From assembly GCF_009914755.1 (NCBI RefSeq), contig NC_060927.1: a DNA stretch of 64,000 bases, one strand, 5' to 3'. The position numbers were made by a program, and so were the translations under genes. The first letter of the stretch is position 1. Each line of letters starts with the position of its first letter. This DNA is from the human T2T-CHM13v2.0 reference genome, Homo sapiens. Positions 1-35,661 of this stretch are shown here, piece after piece. The notes under the pieces are model-generated. The model saw nothing but the letters and a program-made list of their open reading frames with translations, did no database searches and was not told where the DNA came from.

Positions 1-17508
<17,508 letters not shown>

Positions 17509-20500
17509 AAAAAGACTGTTTCAAAACTGCTCAATCAAAAGAAAAGTTCAACTCTGTGAGGTGAATGCACACATCACAAGGAAGTTTCTCAGAATGCTTC
17601 TGTCTAGTTTTTTTATGAAGATATTTCCTTTTCCACTATAGGCCTCAAAGCGCTCCAAATATCCACTTGCTGATTCCAAAAAAAGAGGCTTTCAAAACTG
17701 CTCAACAAAAAGAAAGGGTCAACTCTGTCAGATGAATGCACACATCACAAAGAAGTTTCTCAGAATGCTTCTGTCTAGTTTTTATGAAAGATATTTCCCT
17801 TTCCAATAGAGGCCTCAAAGAGCTCCAAATATCCACTTGTAGATTCTACAAAAAGAGGTTTTCAAAACTGCTGAAACAAAAGAAAAGTTCAACTCTGTGA
17901 GATGAATACACACATCACAAAGAAGTTTCTCAGAATGCTTCTGTCTAGTTTTTATGTCAAAATATTTCCTTCTCCACCATAGGCTTCAAAGTACTCAAAA
18001 TATCCACTTGCAGATTCTTCAAAAGGAATGTTTCAAAATTGTTGAATCAAAAGAAAAGTTCAGCTCTGTGAATTTAATGCATACATCACAAAGATGTTTC
18101 TCAGAATGCTTCTCTCTAGTTGTTGTGTGAAGACATTTACATTTCCACTACAGGCCGCAAAAATCTCCAAATATCCACTTGCAGATTCTACAAAAAGAGT
18201 GTTTCAAAACTACTCAAACAAAAGAAAGTTTCAACTCAGTGAGTTGAATGCACACGTCCCAAAGAAGTTTCTCAGAATACTTCTGTCTAGATTTTATCTG
18301 AAGATATTCCCTTTTCCACTATACGCTGCAAAACGTTTCAAATATCCACATCCAGATTCTATGAAAAGACTGTTTCAAAACTGTTCAATCAATGGAGAGG
18401 TTCAACTCTGTGAGATGAATGTTCACATCACATATATGTTTCTCAGAATGCTTCAGTCTAGTTTATATGTGAAGACATTTCTTTATCACAATAGGCTGCA
18501 AAGTGCTCCAAATATCCACTTGTAGATTCCACAAAAAGACTGCTTCAAAACTGCTCAATCAAAAGAAGGTTCAACTTTGTGAGATGAATGCACACATGAC
18601 AAAGAAGTTTCTCAGAATGCTTCTGTGTAGTTTTTATGTGAAGATATTTCCTTTTCAAATATAGGCCACAAATCGCTCCAAATATCCACTTGCAGATTCT
18701 ACAAAAAGAGTTTTTCAAAACTGCTCAATCAAAAGAAAGTTTCAACTCTGTGAGAGGAATGCACACATCACAAAGGAGTCTCTCAGAATGCTTCTGTCTA
18801 GTTTTTATGTGAAGATATTTCCTTTTCCAATAGAAGGTGCAAAGCACTCCAAATATCCTCTCGTAGATTCTACAAAAAGAGTGTTTCAAAACTGCTGAAT
18901 CAAAAGACATGTTCAACTCTGTGAGATGAATGCACATATCACAAAGGAGTTTCTCGTAATGCTTCTATCCAGTTTTTATGTAAACATACTTCCTTTTCCA
19001 CTTTAGGCCAAAATGCGCTCCAAATATCGACTTGCAGATTCTACAAAAACAGTGTTTCAAAACTGCTCAATCAAAAGAAAAGTTCAACTCTGTGAGATGA
19101 ATGCACACTTCACAAAGAAGTTTCTCAGAATGCTTCTGTCTAGTTTTTAGGTGAATATATTTCCTTTTCTACTATAGAACGCAAAGCACTCCAAATATCC
19201 ATTTGCAAATACTACAAAAAGCCTGTTTCCAAGCTGCTCAATCAAAAGAAAGGTTCATTTCCGTGAGTGGAAGGCACACATCACATAGAAGTTTCTCAGA
19301 ATGCTTCCATCTAGTTGTTATGGGAAGGTATTTACCTTTCCAATAGAGGCCACAGAAATCTCCAAATATCCACTTACAGAATCTACAAAAAGAGTGTTTC
19401 AAAACTGCTCAGGCAAAAAAAGTTTCCACTCAGTGAGCTGAATGCACACATCACAAAGAAATTTCACAGAATGCTTCTGTCTAGATTTTATGTGAAGGTA
19501 CTTCCTTTTCCACTATAGGCTGCAAAGCGCTGCAAATGTCCACTTGCAGATTCTACAAAAACAGTGTTTCGAAACTGCTCAATCAAAAGAAATGTTAAAC
19601 TCTGTGAGATGAATGCACACATCCCAAATAAGCTTCTCAGAATGCTTCTGTCTCGTATTTATATGAAGATATTTCCTTTTCCACCATAGGCTCCAAAGCG
19701 CTCTGAATATCCATTTGCAGATACTACCAAAAGACGGTTTCCAAATTGCTCAATCATAAGAAAGGTTCAACTCTGTGAGATGAATGCACACATCAGAAAG
19801 AAGTCTCTCAAAATGCTCTGTGTAGTTTTTATGTGAAGGTATTTCCTTTTCCACTATAGGCCACAAAGCACTTCAAATATCCACTTGCAGATACTACAAA
19901 AAGAGTGTTTCAAACCTGCTCCATCAAAAAAAAGGTTGAACTCAGTGAGATGAGTGCACACATCACAAAGAAGTTTCCCAGAATGCTTCTGTCTTGTTTT
20001 TATATGAAGATATCTCATTTTCCACCATAGGCCTCAAAGCGCTCCAAATATCCACTTGCAGATTCTACAAAAAGAGTGTTTCAAAACTGCTCAATCAAAA
20101 GAAAGTTTCAACTCAGTAAGATGAATGCACACATCACAAAGAAGTTTCCCAGAATGCTTCTGTCTAGTTTTTATGTGAAAATATTTCCTTTTCCACTATA
20201 GGCTCCAAGGCTCTCCAAATATCCACGTGCAGATTCTACACAGAGAGTTTCCAAACTTGTCAGTCAAAAGAAATGTTCAACTCTGTGAGATGAATGCTCA
20301 CATCCCAAAGAAGTTTCTCAGAAGGCTTCTGTCTAGTTTTTATGTGAAGACATTTCCTTTTCCACCATAGGCCTCAAAGCGCTCCAGATATCCACTTGCA
20401 GATTCTACCAAAAGAGTGTTTGAAAACTGCTCAATCAAAAGAAAGGTTCAACTCCATGAGATGAATGCTCACATCACAAAGTGGTTTCTCAATATGCTTC

Positions 20501-22430
20501 TGTCTAGATTTTCTGTGAAGATATTTCCTTTTCCAACCTAGGCCTCAAAGCCTTCCAAATTTCCACTTGCAGATTCTACAAAAAGGGTGTTTCAGTCTGC
20601 TCAATCAAAGGAAAGGTTCAACTCGGTGAGATGAATGCACACGTCACAAAGATGTTTCTCAGAATTCTTCTGTCTAGTTTTAATGTGAAGATATTTCCTT
20701 ATCCACTATAGGCCAGAAAGTGCTCCAAATATCCAATTACAGATCCTACAAAACGAGTGTTTCAAAACTGCTCAATCAAAAGAGAGTGTCAACTCTGTGA
20801 GATGAGTGCACACATGACAAGGAAGTTTCTCAGAATGTTTCTGACTAGTTTTCTTGTGAAGATATTTCCTTTTCCACCACAGGCCACAAAGCGCTCCAAA
20901 TGTTCATTTGCAGATATTACAAAAAGACCATTTTCAAACTGCTCAATCAAAAGAAAGGCTCAACTTTGTGAGTTGAATGCACACATCACAAGGAAGTTTC
21001 TCAGAATGCTTCTGTCTAGTTTTTATGTGAAGATATTTCCTTTTCCACCATAGGACTCAAAGCACTCCAAATATCCATTTGCAGATACTACAAAAAGACG
21101 GTTTCCAAACTGCTCAATCAAAAAAAAGTTTACACTCTGTGAGATGAATGCACACGTCACTAAGAAGACTCTCAGAATGATTCTGTGTAGTTTTTATGTT
21201 AAGATATTTCCTTTTCCACTATAGGCCGCAAAGCACTCCAAATATGCACTTGCAGATGCTCCAAAAAGAGTGTTTCAAAACTGCTTGATCAAAAAAAAGT
21301 TGAACACTGTGTGATGAATGCACACATCATGAAGAAGTTTCACAGAATACTTCTGTCTAGATTTTATGTAAAGATATTTCCTTTTCCACTATAGGCTGAA
21401 GAGCACTGCAAATATCCACTTGCAGATTCTACAAGAGTGTTTCAAAACTGCCCAATCAAAAGAAAGGTTCAACTCTCTGAGACCAATGCCCACATCAGAA
21501 ACAAGTATCTCAGGATGCTTCAGTCTAGTTTTTATGTGAAGTTATTACCTTTTGCACCATAGGCTTCAAAGTGCTCCAAATATACACTTGGAAATTCTAC
21601 AAAAAGAGTGTTTCAAAACTTCTCAATCAAAAGAAAGGTTCAACTCCATGAGATGAATGCACACATCACAAAGAAGTTTCTCAGAATGCTTCTGTGTAGT
21701 TTTTATATGAAGATATTTCCTTTTCCACTATAGACCAGAAAGCCCTCCAAATATCCATTTGCAGATCCTACAAAACGAGTGTTTCAAAACTGCTCAATCA
21801 AAAAAGAGGGTCAACTCTTTGAGATGAATTCACTCATCCCAAAGAAGTTTCTCAGAATATTTCTGACTAGTTTTTCTGTGAAGATATTTCCTTTTCCACC
21901 ACAGGCCTCGAAGCGCTCCAAATATCCATTTTCAAGTATTACAAAAAGACCGTTTCCAAACTGCTAAATCAAAAGAAAGGCTCAAATTTGTGAGTTGAAT
22001 GCACACATCAAAAAGAAGTTTCTCAGAATGCTTCTGTCTAGTTTTTATGTGTAGATATCCCCTTTTCCACAATAGGCCTTAAAGCACTCCAAATATCCTC
22101 TTGCAGACTCTACAAAAAGAGTGTTTCAGAACTGCTGAGTCAAAAGAAAGGTTCAACTCTGTGAGATGAATGCACACATCACAAAGAAGTTTCTCAGAAT
22201 GCTTCTGTCTAGTTTTTATGTGAAGATATTTCCTTTTCCACTATAGTTCGCACAGCGCTCCAAATATCCACTTGCAGATATTACAAAAAGAGTGTTTCAA
22301 AACTGCTCAATCAAAAGAAAGATTCAACTATGTGAGATGAATGCACGCATCACAAAGAAGTTTCTCAGAATGATTCTGTCTAGTTTTAATGTGAAGATAT
22401 ATCCTTTTCCACTATAGACCTCAAAGTGCT
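17509..22430. repeat. Alpha satellite, monomeric 171-bp units, continuing after the L1HS insertion
   Basis: Monomer phase resumes exactly at the TSD (AAAAAGACTGTTTCAAAACTGCTCAATC). Same CTCAGAATGCTTCTG / AAATATCCACTTGCAG signature as upstream. Confidence 0.98.
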
Positions 22431-25400
22431 GTCTAATATCCCATTGCAGATGCTACAAAAAGACTATTTCCAAACTGCTCTATGAAAAGAATGGTTCAAC
22501 TCTGTGACTTGATTGCACACATCACAAAGAAGTTTCTCAGAAAGTTTCTGTCTAGTACTTATGTGAAGATATTTCATTTTTCACCATAGGCCTCAAAGCG
22601 CTCACAAATATCCATTTGTAGATTCTCCAAGAACAGAGTTTCCAAACTTCTCAGTTAAAAGAAAGGTTTACTTTTTGAGATGAATGCACACATCACAAAG
22701 CAGTTTCTCAGAAAGCTTCTTTCTAGTTTATATGTGAAGACATTTCCTTTTTCACCATAGGCCTCAAAGAGCTCCAATTATCCCTTTGCAGATTTAACAA
22801 AAAGATTGTTTCCAAACTGCTCAATCAAAAGAATGGTTCAACTCTGTGAGACAAATGCACTCATCACAAAGAAGTTTCTCAGAAAGCTTCTGTCTAGTTT
22901 TTCTGTGAAGATATTTCATTTTTCAACATAGGCTTCAAAGCGCTATCAGATATCCCTTTGCAGATTCTACAGAAAGAGTGTTTCCAAACTGCTATATGAA
23001 AAGAATGATTCAACTCTGTGAGACGAATGCACACATCTCAAAGAAGTTTCTCAGAAAGCTTCTGTCTAGTTTTCATGAGAAGGCATTTACCTTTTCACCA
23101 TATGCCTCAAAGTGCTCCCAAATATCCTTTTGCAATTTCTACAAAAACAGAGTTTCCAAACTGCTCAATGAAAAGAATATTTCAATTCTGTGAGATGAAT
23201 GCACACATCACAAAGAAGTTTCTCAGAAAGCTTCTGTCCAGTTTTTATGTGAAATTATTTCCTTTTGCACCATGGGCCTCAAAGTGCTCACAAATATCCC
23301 TTTGCAGATTCTACAAGAACAGAGTTTCCAAACTAGTCAGTGGAAAGAAATGTTTACCTCTGTGAGATGAATGTGCACATCACAAAGCAGTTTCTCAGAA
23401 AGCTTCTGTGTAGTATTTATATGAAGACATTTCCTTTTTCACCACAGGCCTCAAAGCAGTCCCAAATATCCCTTGAAGATTCTATAAAAAGACGGTTTCC
23501 AAACTGCTCAATCAAAAGAATGGTTCAACTGTGTGAGATGAATGCACACATTGCAAAGTCGTTCCTCAGAAAGCTTCTTTCTGATGTTTATGTGAAGATA
23601 TTTCCTTTTTCACAACAGGCCTCAAAGCACTCCCAAATATCCCTTTGCAGGTTCTTCAAAAAGACTGTTTCCTAACTGCTTGATCAAAAGAATGGTTCAA
23701 CTCCATGAGACAAATGCACACACCACAAATAAGTTTCTCAGAAAACTTCTGTCTAGTTTTTATGGAAGATATTTCCTTTTCCACCCTTGGATTGAAAGCG
23801 CTCACAAATATCCCTTTGCAGATTCTTGAAGAAAAGAGTTTCTAAACTGCTCTATAAAAAGAAATGTTTGCCTCTGTGAGATGAATGCACACATCACAAA
23901 GAAGTTTCTCAGAAAGCTTCTCTGTAGTTTTTATGTGAAGACATTTCTGTTATCACCATAGACTTCAAAGGACTCCCAAATATCCCTTTGCAGATTCCAC
24001 CAAAAGACTGTTTCCAAACTGCTCAATGAAAAGAATGGTTCAACTCTGTGAGACGGATGCAAACATCCCAAAGAAGTTTCTCAGAAAACTTCTGCCCAGT
24101 TTTTATGTGAAAATATTTCCTTTTTCACCATAGGCCTCAAAGTGCTCAGAAATATCCCTTTGCAGATTCTACAAGAACAGAGTTTCCAAACTGCTCAATG
24201 AAAAGAAACGTTTAGCTCTGAGAGATGAATTCACACATCACATAGCAGTTTCTCAGAAACTTTCTGTCTAGTTTTTATTTGAAGATATTTTCTTTTTCAC
24301 CATAGGCTTCAAACCACTCACAAATATCCCTTTTCAGATTCTACAAACACTGTGTTTCCAAACTGCTCAATCAAAACAATGGTTCAACTCTGTGAGACGA
24401 ATTCACAGATCACAAAGCAGTTTCTAAGAAAGCTCCTTTCTATTTTTTATGTGAGGATATTTCCTTTTTCACCATAGGCTTCAAAGTGCTCACAAATATC
24501 CCTTTGCAGATTCTAGAAAAACAGTGGTTCCAAACTGCTCAATCAAAAGAATTTTTCAACTCTGTGAGATGAATGCCCACATCACAATGCAGTTTCTCAG
24601 AAAGATTCTTTCAGGTTTGTATCGGAAGTTATTCATTTTTTCACCACAAGCCTCTGTGAGAATCCAAATCTCCCTTTGCAGATTCTACAAACACTGTGTT
24701 TCCAAACTGCTGTACCAAAAGAATGGTTTAACTCTGTGAGATGAATGCACAGATAACAAAGCACTTTCTAAGAAAGCTCCTTTCTGGTTTTTATGTGAGG
24801 ATATTTCCTTTTTCACCATAGGCCTCAAAGCACTCAAAAATATCCCTTTGCAGATTCTAGAAAAACAGTGGTTACAAACTGCTCAAAAAAAAGAATGGTT
24901 CAACTCTGTTACAGGGATGAACACATCACAAAGAAGTTTCTGAGAAAGCTTCTTTCTAGTTCTTGTTTGAAGATATTTCCTTTTTCAATATAAGCTTCAA
25001 AGTGCTCCCAAATATAACTTTGCACTTTCTGCAAAAACAGTGGTTCCGAACTGCACAATCAAAAGAATTGTTCAACTCTGTGAGATGAATGCACACATCA
25101 CAAAGCAGTTTCTCAGAAAGCTTCTGTCCAGTTTGTATAGGAAGATATTCCCTTTTTCACCATAGGCCTCCATGCGAATGCAAATATCCCTTCGCAGATT
25201 CTACAAACACTGCATTTCCAAACTGCTCAAACAAAAGAATGGTTCAACTCTGTGAGATGTATGCAGACATCACAAATCAGTTTCTCAGAAAATTTCTTTT
25301 TAGTTTGTATTGAAAAATATTTCTTTTTCACCATAGGCCTCAATGCGTTCCTAAATATCCCTTTGCAGATTCTAGAAGAAGAGTGTTTTGAAACTGCTCA

Positions 25401-26140
25401 ATGAAAAGAAATGTTTAACTATGTGAGATGAATGCACACATCACAAAGCAGTTTCTCAGAAAGCTTCTTTCCAGTTTTTATGTAAAGATATTTCCTTTTT
25501 CACCATAAGCCTCAAAGCACTCCCAAATATCCCTTTGCAGATACTACAAAAACAGTGGTTCCAAACTGCTCAATCAAAAGAATTGCTCAAGTATGTGAGA
25601 TCAATGCACACATCACAAAGCAGTTTCTCAGAAAGCTCCTTCCCACTTTGTATTGGAAGATATTTCCTTTTTCACCACAGGCCTCCATGTGAATGCAAAT
25701 ATCCCTTTGCAGATTCTACAAACAACGTGTTTCTAAACTGCACAATCAAAAGAATGGTTCAACTCTGTGAGATGAATGCACACATCACAAAGCAATTTCA
25801 CAGAAATTTTCTAATTTGTATCAGAAGATATTTCCTTTTTCACCATAGGCCTCAATGTGCTCCCAAATATTGCTTTGCAGATTTTAGAAGAACAGAGTTT
25901 CCAAACTGCTCAGTGAAAAGAAACGTTTAACTCTGTGAGAAGAATGCACACATCACAAAGCAGTTTATCAAAAAACTTCTATCTAGTTTGTATCAGAAGA
26001 TGTTTCTTCTGTCACCACAGGCCTCAAGGCAACTCCAAATATCCCTTCACACATTCTACAAACACTGTGTTTCCAAACTACTCTATGAAAATAATGGTTT
26101 ACCTCTGTGAGACGAATGCACAGATCACAATGCATTTTCT
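22431..26140. repeat. Alpha satellite, distal layer of mostly 172-bp monomers (older type)
   Basis: Signature switches to CAGAAAGCTTCT, TTTTTCACCATAGG, CTC(A/C)CAAATATCCCTTTGCAG and AAGAATGGTTCAAC. The anchor falls at 22905, 23077, 23249 and 23421 (172-bp steps). Confidence 0.95.
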
Positions 26141-26180
26141 TTTTTTTTTTTTTTTAAGAGAAAGAAACAGAGAATTTATT
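26141..26180 (-). other. Poly(A)-tail-like tract with upstream AATAAA on the minus strand, at the satellite boundary
   Basis: T-run to 26155 and TTTATT at 26175-26180, with 19 nt between them. The minus strand reads ...CCAGCAATAAATTCTCTGTTTCTTTCTCTT-An. Confidence 0.6.
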
Positions 26181-26364
26181 GCTGGAAGACATGCCTTACA
26201 GAAATGCAAATGGAAATTTATCACACTGAAAATAAAGACGTTAGACAATAATTTGAATCCACATGTAAAAACATAATTAACATAAAGGTAATATAAATAT
26301 AATTACAAAAGGCAACATAATTGCATATTTCTTCTTCAGTTGTCTCTTGATTAAAAATATTAAG

Positions 26365-27403
26365 AGAACCAAAGCAAGTAAATATATCAATTTAGTAACT
26401 TGAAAACTTTCCACAAAGAAAAGCCCAGGCCCAGATGGCTTCAATGTGAATCTACCAAACATTCAAAGATAAGTATCTTTCCTGTACTCTTCCAAAATAT
26501 GCAGAAGGAGGGAACATTTCTTAACTTATTCTATAATGTTGCATTTATTCTGATACCAAAACCAAACACATTAAAGAAAACTACAGATCAATAAACCAAC
26601 TGAATATTAGCATATTAATATACAAAATAATTCTCAACAAAATACTATCAGACTGAATCCTGCAACTTATAAAAAGCATGCATACAGGCTGGGTGCAGTG
26701 GCTAACGCCTGTAATCCCAGCACTTTAGGAAGCTGAGGTGAGAGGATTGTTTGAGCACAGGAGTTTGAGACCAGCTTGGACAACATACTGAGACCCTGTC
26801 TATACAAAAAAATTTAATTGCTAGGTGTGGTGGCACATGTCTCTGATTCCAGCCACTCAGGAGGTGGAAAGATCACTTGAGTTTGGAAAGTCTCAGGCTG
26901 CAGTGATCTGTGATCACACCACTGTGCTCCAGCCTGTGTGACAAAGGGAGACTCTGTCTCAGAAAAAAAAGAAAAAAGTTATACCACATGCAACATGACC
27001 AAGTGGGATTTATCTTAGAAATGCAAGGTTTGTTTAATATCTGAAAATCAATTAGTATAATAAACCATATTAATGGAAGAAAGGATAAACTTCATATCAT
27101 CATCTCAATATAGACAGGAAACATTTAAAAAATACAATACCATTTCATGATAAAAACACCCAACAAACTGGGAATAGAAAACTACCTCCTCAACTAGGTG
27201 TAGGCCATACACAAGAAACCCACGGATAACCTTATATTTGATAGTGGAAGGCTGAATGCCTTACTTCTAAGGTCAGGAGCCAGACAAGGGTATCTGCTCT
27301 TGCCACTTGTATTTAATATTGTGCTGGAAATCTCAGATAGGGTAATTAGGCAAGATAAAGAAACAAAGGTCATCCAGACCATGAAGGAAGAAATAGAACT
27401 ATC
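26365..27403 (+). mobile_element. Old L1 (L1M-class) ORF2 fragment, interrupted by an AluJ
   Basis: Degenerate ORF2 segments CCAGGCCCAGATGGCTTCA, CTGATACCAAAACC, CATGACCAAGTGGGATTTATC, CATCTCAATA and AGACAAGGGTATC, colinear with L1 ORF2. Confidence 0.85.
26687..26977 (+). mobile_element. Alu, AluJ-type
   Basis: GGCTGGGTGCAGTGGCTAACGCCTGTAATCCCAGCAC start, AluJ-like GAGGATTGTTTGAGCACAGGAG and GGCTGCAGTGA, A-rich tail; heavily diverged. Confidence 0.9.
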
Positions 27404-27631
27404 TTTTTTAAAATTTTATTATTATTATTATGCTTTAAGTTTTAGGGTACATGCACACGATGTGCAGGTTTCTTAAAAATGTATACATGTGCCATGTTGG
27501 TGTGCTGCACCCATTAACACGTCATTTAGCATTAGGTATATCTCCTAATACTATCCCTCCCCACTGCCACCACCCCACAACCGTCCCCGGAGTATGATGT
27601 TCCCCTTCCTGTGTCCATGTGTTCTCATTGT

Positions 27632-31453
<3,822 letters not shown>

Positions 31454-31516
31454 TATGATGTTAGCTGGTTATTTTGCTCATCAGTTGATGCAGTTTCTTC
31501 CTAGTCTCGATGGTCT

Positions 31517-33613
<2,097 letters not shown>

Positions 33614-34641
33614 CTTTGTGGTTTTATCTACTTTGGTCTTTGATGGTGGTGACATACAGATGGATTTTTGGTGTGGATGTCCTTTCTGTTTGTTAGTTTT
33701 CCTTCTAACAGACAGGACTCTCAGCTGCAGGTCTGTTGGAGTTTGCTAGAGGTCCACTTCAGACCCTGTTTGCCTGGTATCAGAAGCAGTGGCTGTAGAA
33801 CAGTGGATATTGGTGTCCCGCAAATGCTGCTGCCTTATCAGTCCTCTGGAAGTTTTGTCTCAGAGGAGTTCCCGGCCGTGTGAGGTGTCAGTCTGCCCCT
33901 ACTGGGGGCTGCCTCCCAGTTAGGCTGCTTGGGGGTCAGGCACCCACTTGAGGAGGCAGTCTGCCCATTCTCAGATCTCCAGCTGCATGCTCGGAGAACC
34001 ACTACTCTCTTCAAAGCTGTCAGACAGGGACATTTAAGTCTGCAGAGGTTACTGCTGTCTTTTTGTTTGTCTGTGCCCTGCCCCCAGAGGTGGAGCCTAC
34101 AGAGGCAGGCAGGCCTCCTTGAGCTGTGGTGGGCTCCACCCAGTTGGAGCTTCCCAGCTGCTTTGTTTACCTAATCAAGCCTGGGCAATAGCAGGTGCCC
34201 CTCCCCCAGCCTCGCGGCCGCCTTGCAGTTTGATCTCAGACTGCTGTGCTAGCAATCAGCAAGACTCTGTGGGTGTAGGACCCTCTGAGCCAGGTGCGGG
34301 TTATAATCTCCTGGTGTGCTGTTTTTTAAGTCCATCGGAAAAGTGCCGTATTAAGGTGGGAGTGACCCGATTTTGCAGATGCCATCTGTCATCCCTTTCT
34401 TTGACTAGGAAAGGGAACTCCCTGATCCCTTGCGCTTCCCGAGTGAGGCAATGCCTTGCCCTGCTTAGGCTAGCACACGGTGCGCTGCACCCACTGTCCT
34501 GCACCCACTGTCTGGCACTGCCTAGTGAGATGAAACCAGTACCTCAGATGGAAATGCAGAAATCACCCATCTTCTGCATCGCTCACTCTGGGGGCTGAAG
34601 ATTGGAGCTGTTCCTATTCGGCCATCTTGACTCCACCCTCC
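33614..34641 (-). promoter_or_regulatory. L1 5' UTR internal promoter relic (YY1 site; antisense-promoter/ORF0 region)
   Basis: YY1 core CAAGATGGCC on the minus strand at 34620-34629. ORF0-like frame on + from 34188 (ATA-GCAGGTGCC..., AGAPPPASRPPCSLISDCCASNQ). CpGs are largely decayed and activity is unknown. Confidence 0.75.
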
Positions 34642-35661
34642 ATTCTTGTGTGTTTCTTTCCTGTGTTATTAAAATGCTTGACTAATAACAATACCAGTGC
34701 TGGGGATAATGTATTTATTTTTGTGTGTTTGAAATAATAATATCTTAAAATAAAGCCTTATCATTGACATCATAGATCATATTTCTTACTTACAAATTCC
34801 CTTACCACTGGGAACATGTTTAAAGGGAATACAATTTGAAGGAACAAAAGAAATTAATTTAGTGAACAGTTGTCTATGAACATTGTATAATTGATAAAAG
34901 AATGCTAATTGCAAATAAATAAATGACCTAGCTGATTGTACCAAACTTCCATTTTCCTCAGGCTGTGCATAGGTGTAAAGTAGAGCTTTTAAAATAATAG
35001 GTTGGCAAATACCAAGTAGAAAACGAAATTATCCCCAATTCAAACCACAAACCAATTCCAATTATTACTAATGTTCTACCTGCAAAAACAGATAACGAGA
35101 AATAAGAAAAGTGCAAATGCTATCCAGGCAAAAATAAATAAACACACCAATTTATAGCCAAACTTTGAAAATAGACTTTAAGACAGCTATATGAACTATA
35201 GCACAGATCATTCCAGGCCTAAAATGGGTAGAATTAGATATAGAGGGGTTTTTATCTTAGCCTGGCTGATCATTATTTCTCTCATAATTTTACTTTCTCA
35301 ATAATGTAAGCCCTAATGCAATTTGCACAAATGTCATACTTTTCTATAATATATGCTACCCTTATATAATGTAATTATAATTCTATCTATAATGAAAAGA
35401 TTAATGATTTTTTTTTACCTATAATTTGTTTTAGTAACAAGTCATGTTATCATTCTATTTCTGTTAAGGGCATATGGCTTCATACATTCCAGTTATTAAT
35501 GAAACTAAGCATTTTCTTGTGTTTTGGTCTTGCCTTTCTGACATTAGGCCTCATTTACTTCCAGTGATTTGAAGACTTGGTTCTGCTATGGTACTCCATC
35601 CATTAATACTTCACCTTCTGTATACCTGGCCTTGAAATGCTTAATGACATCTCTTTGTTGC

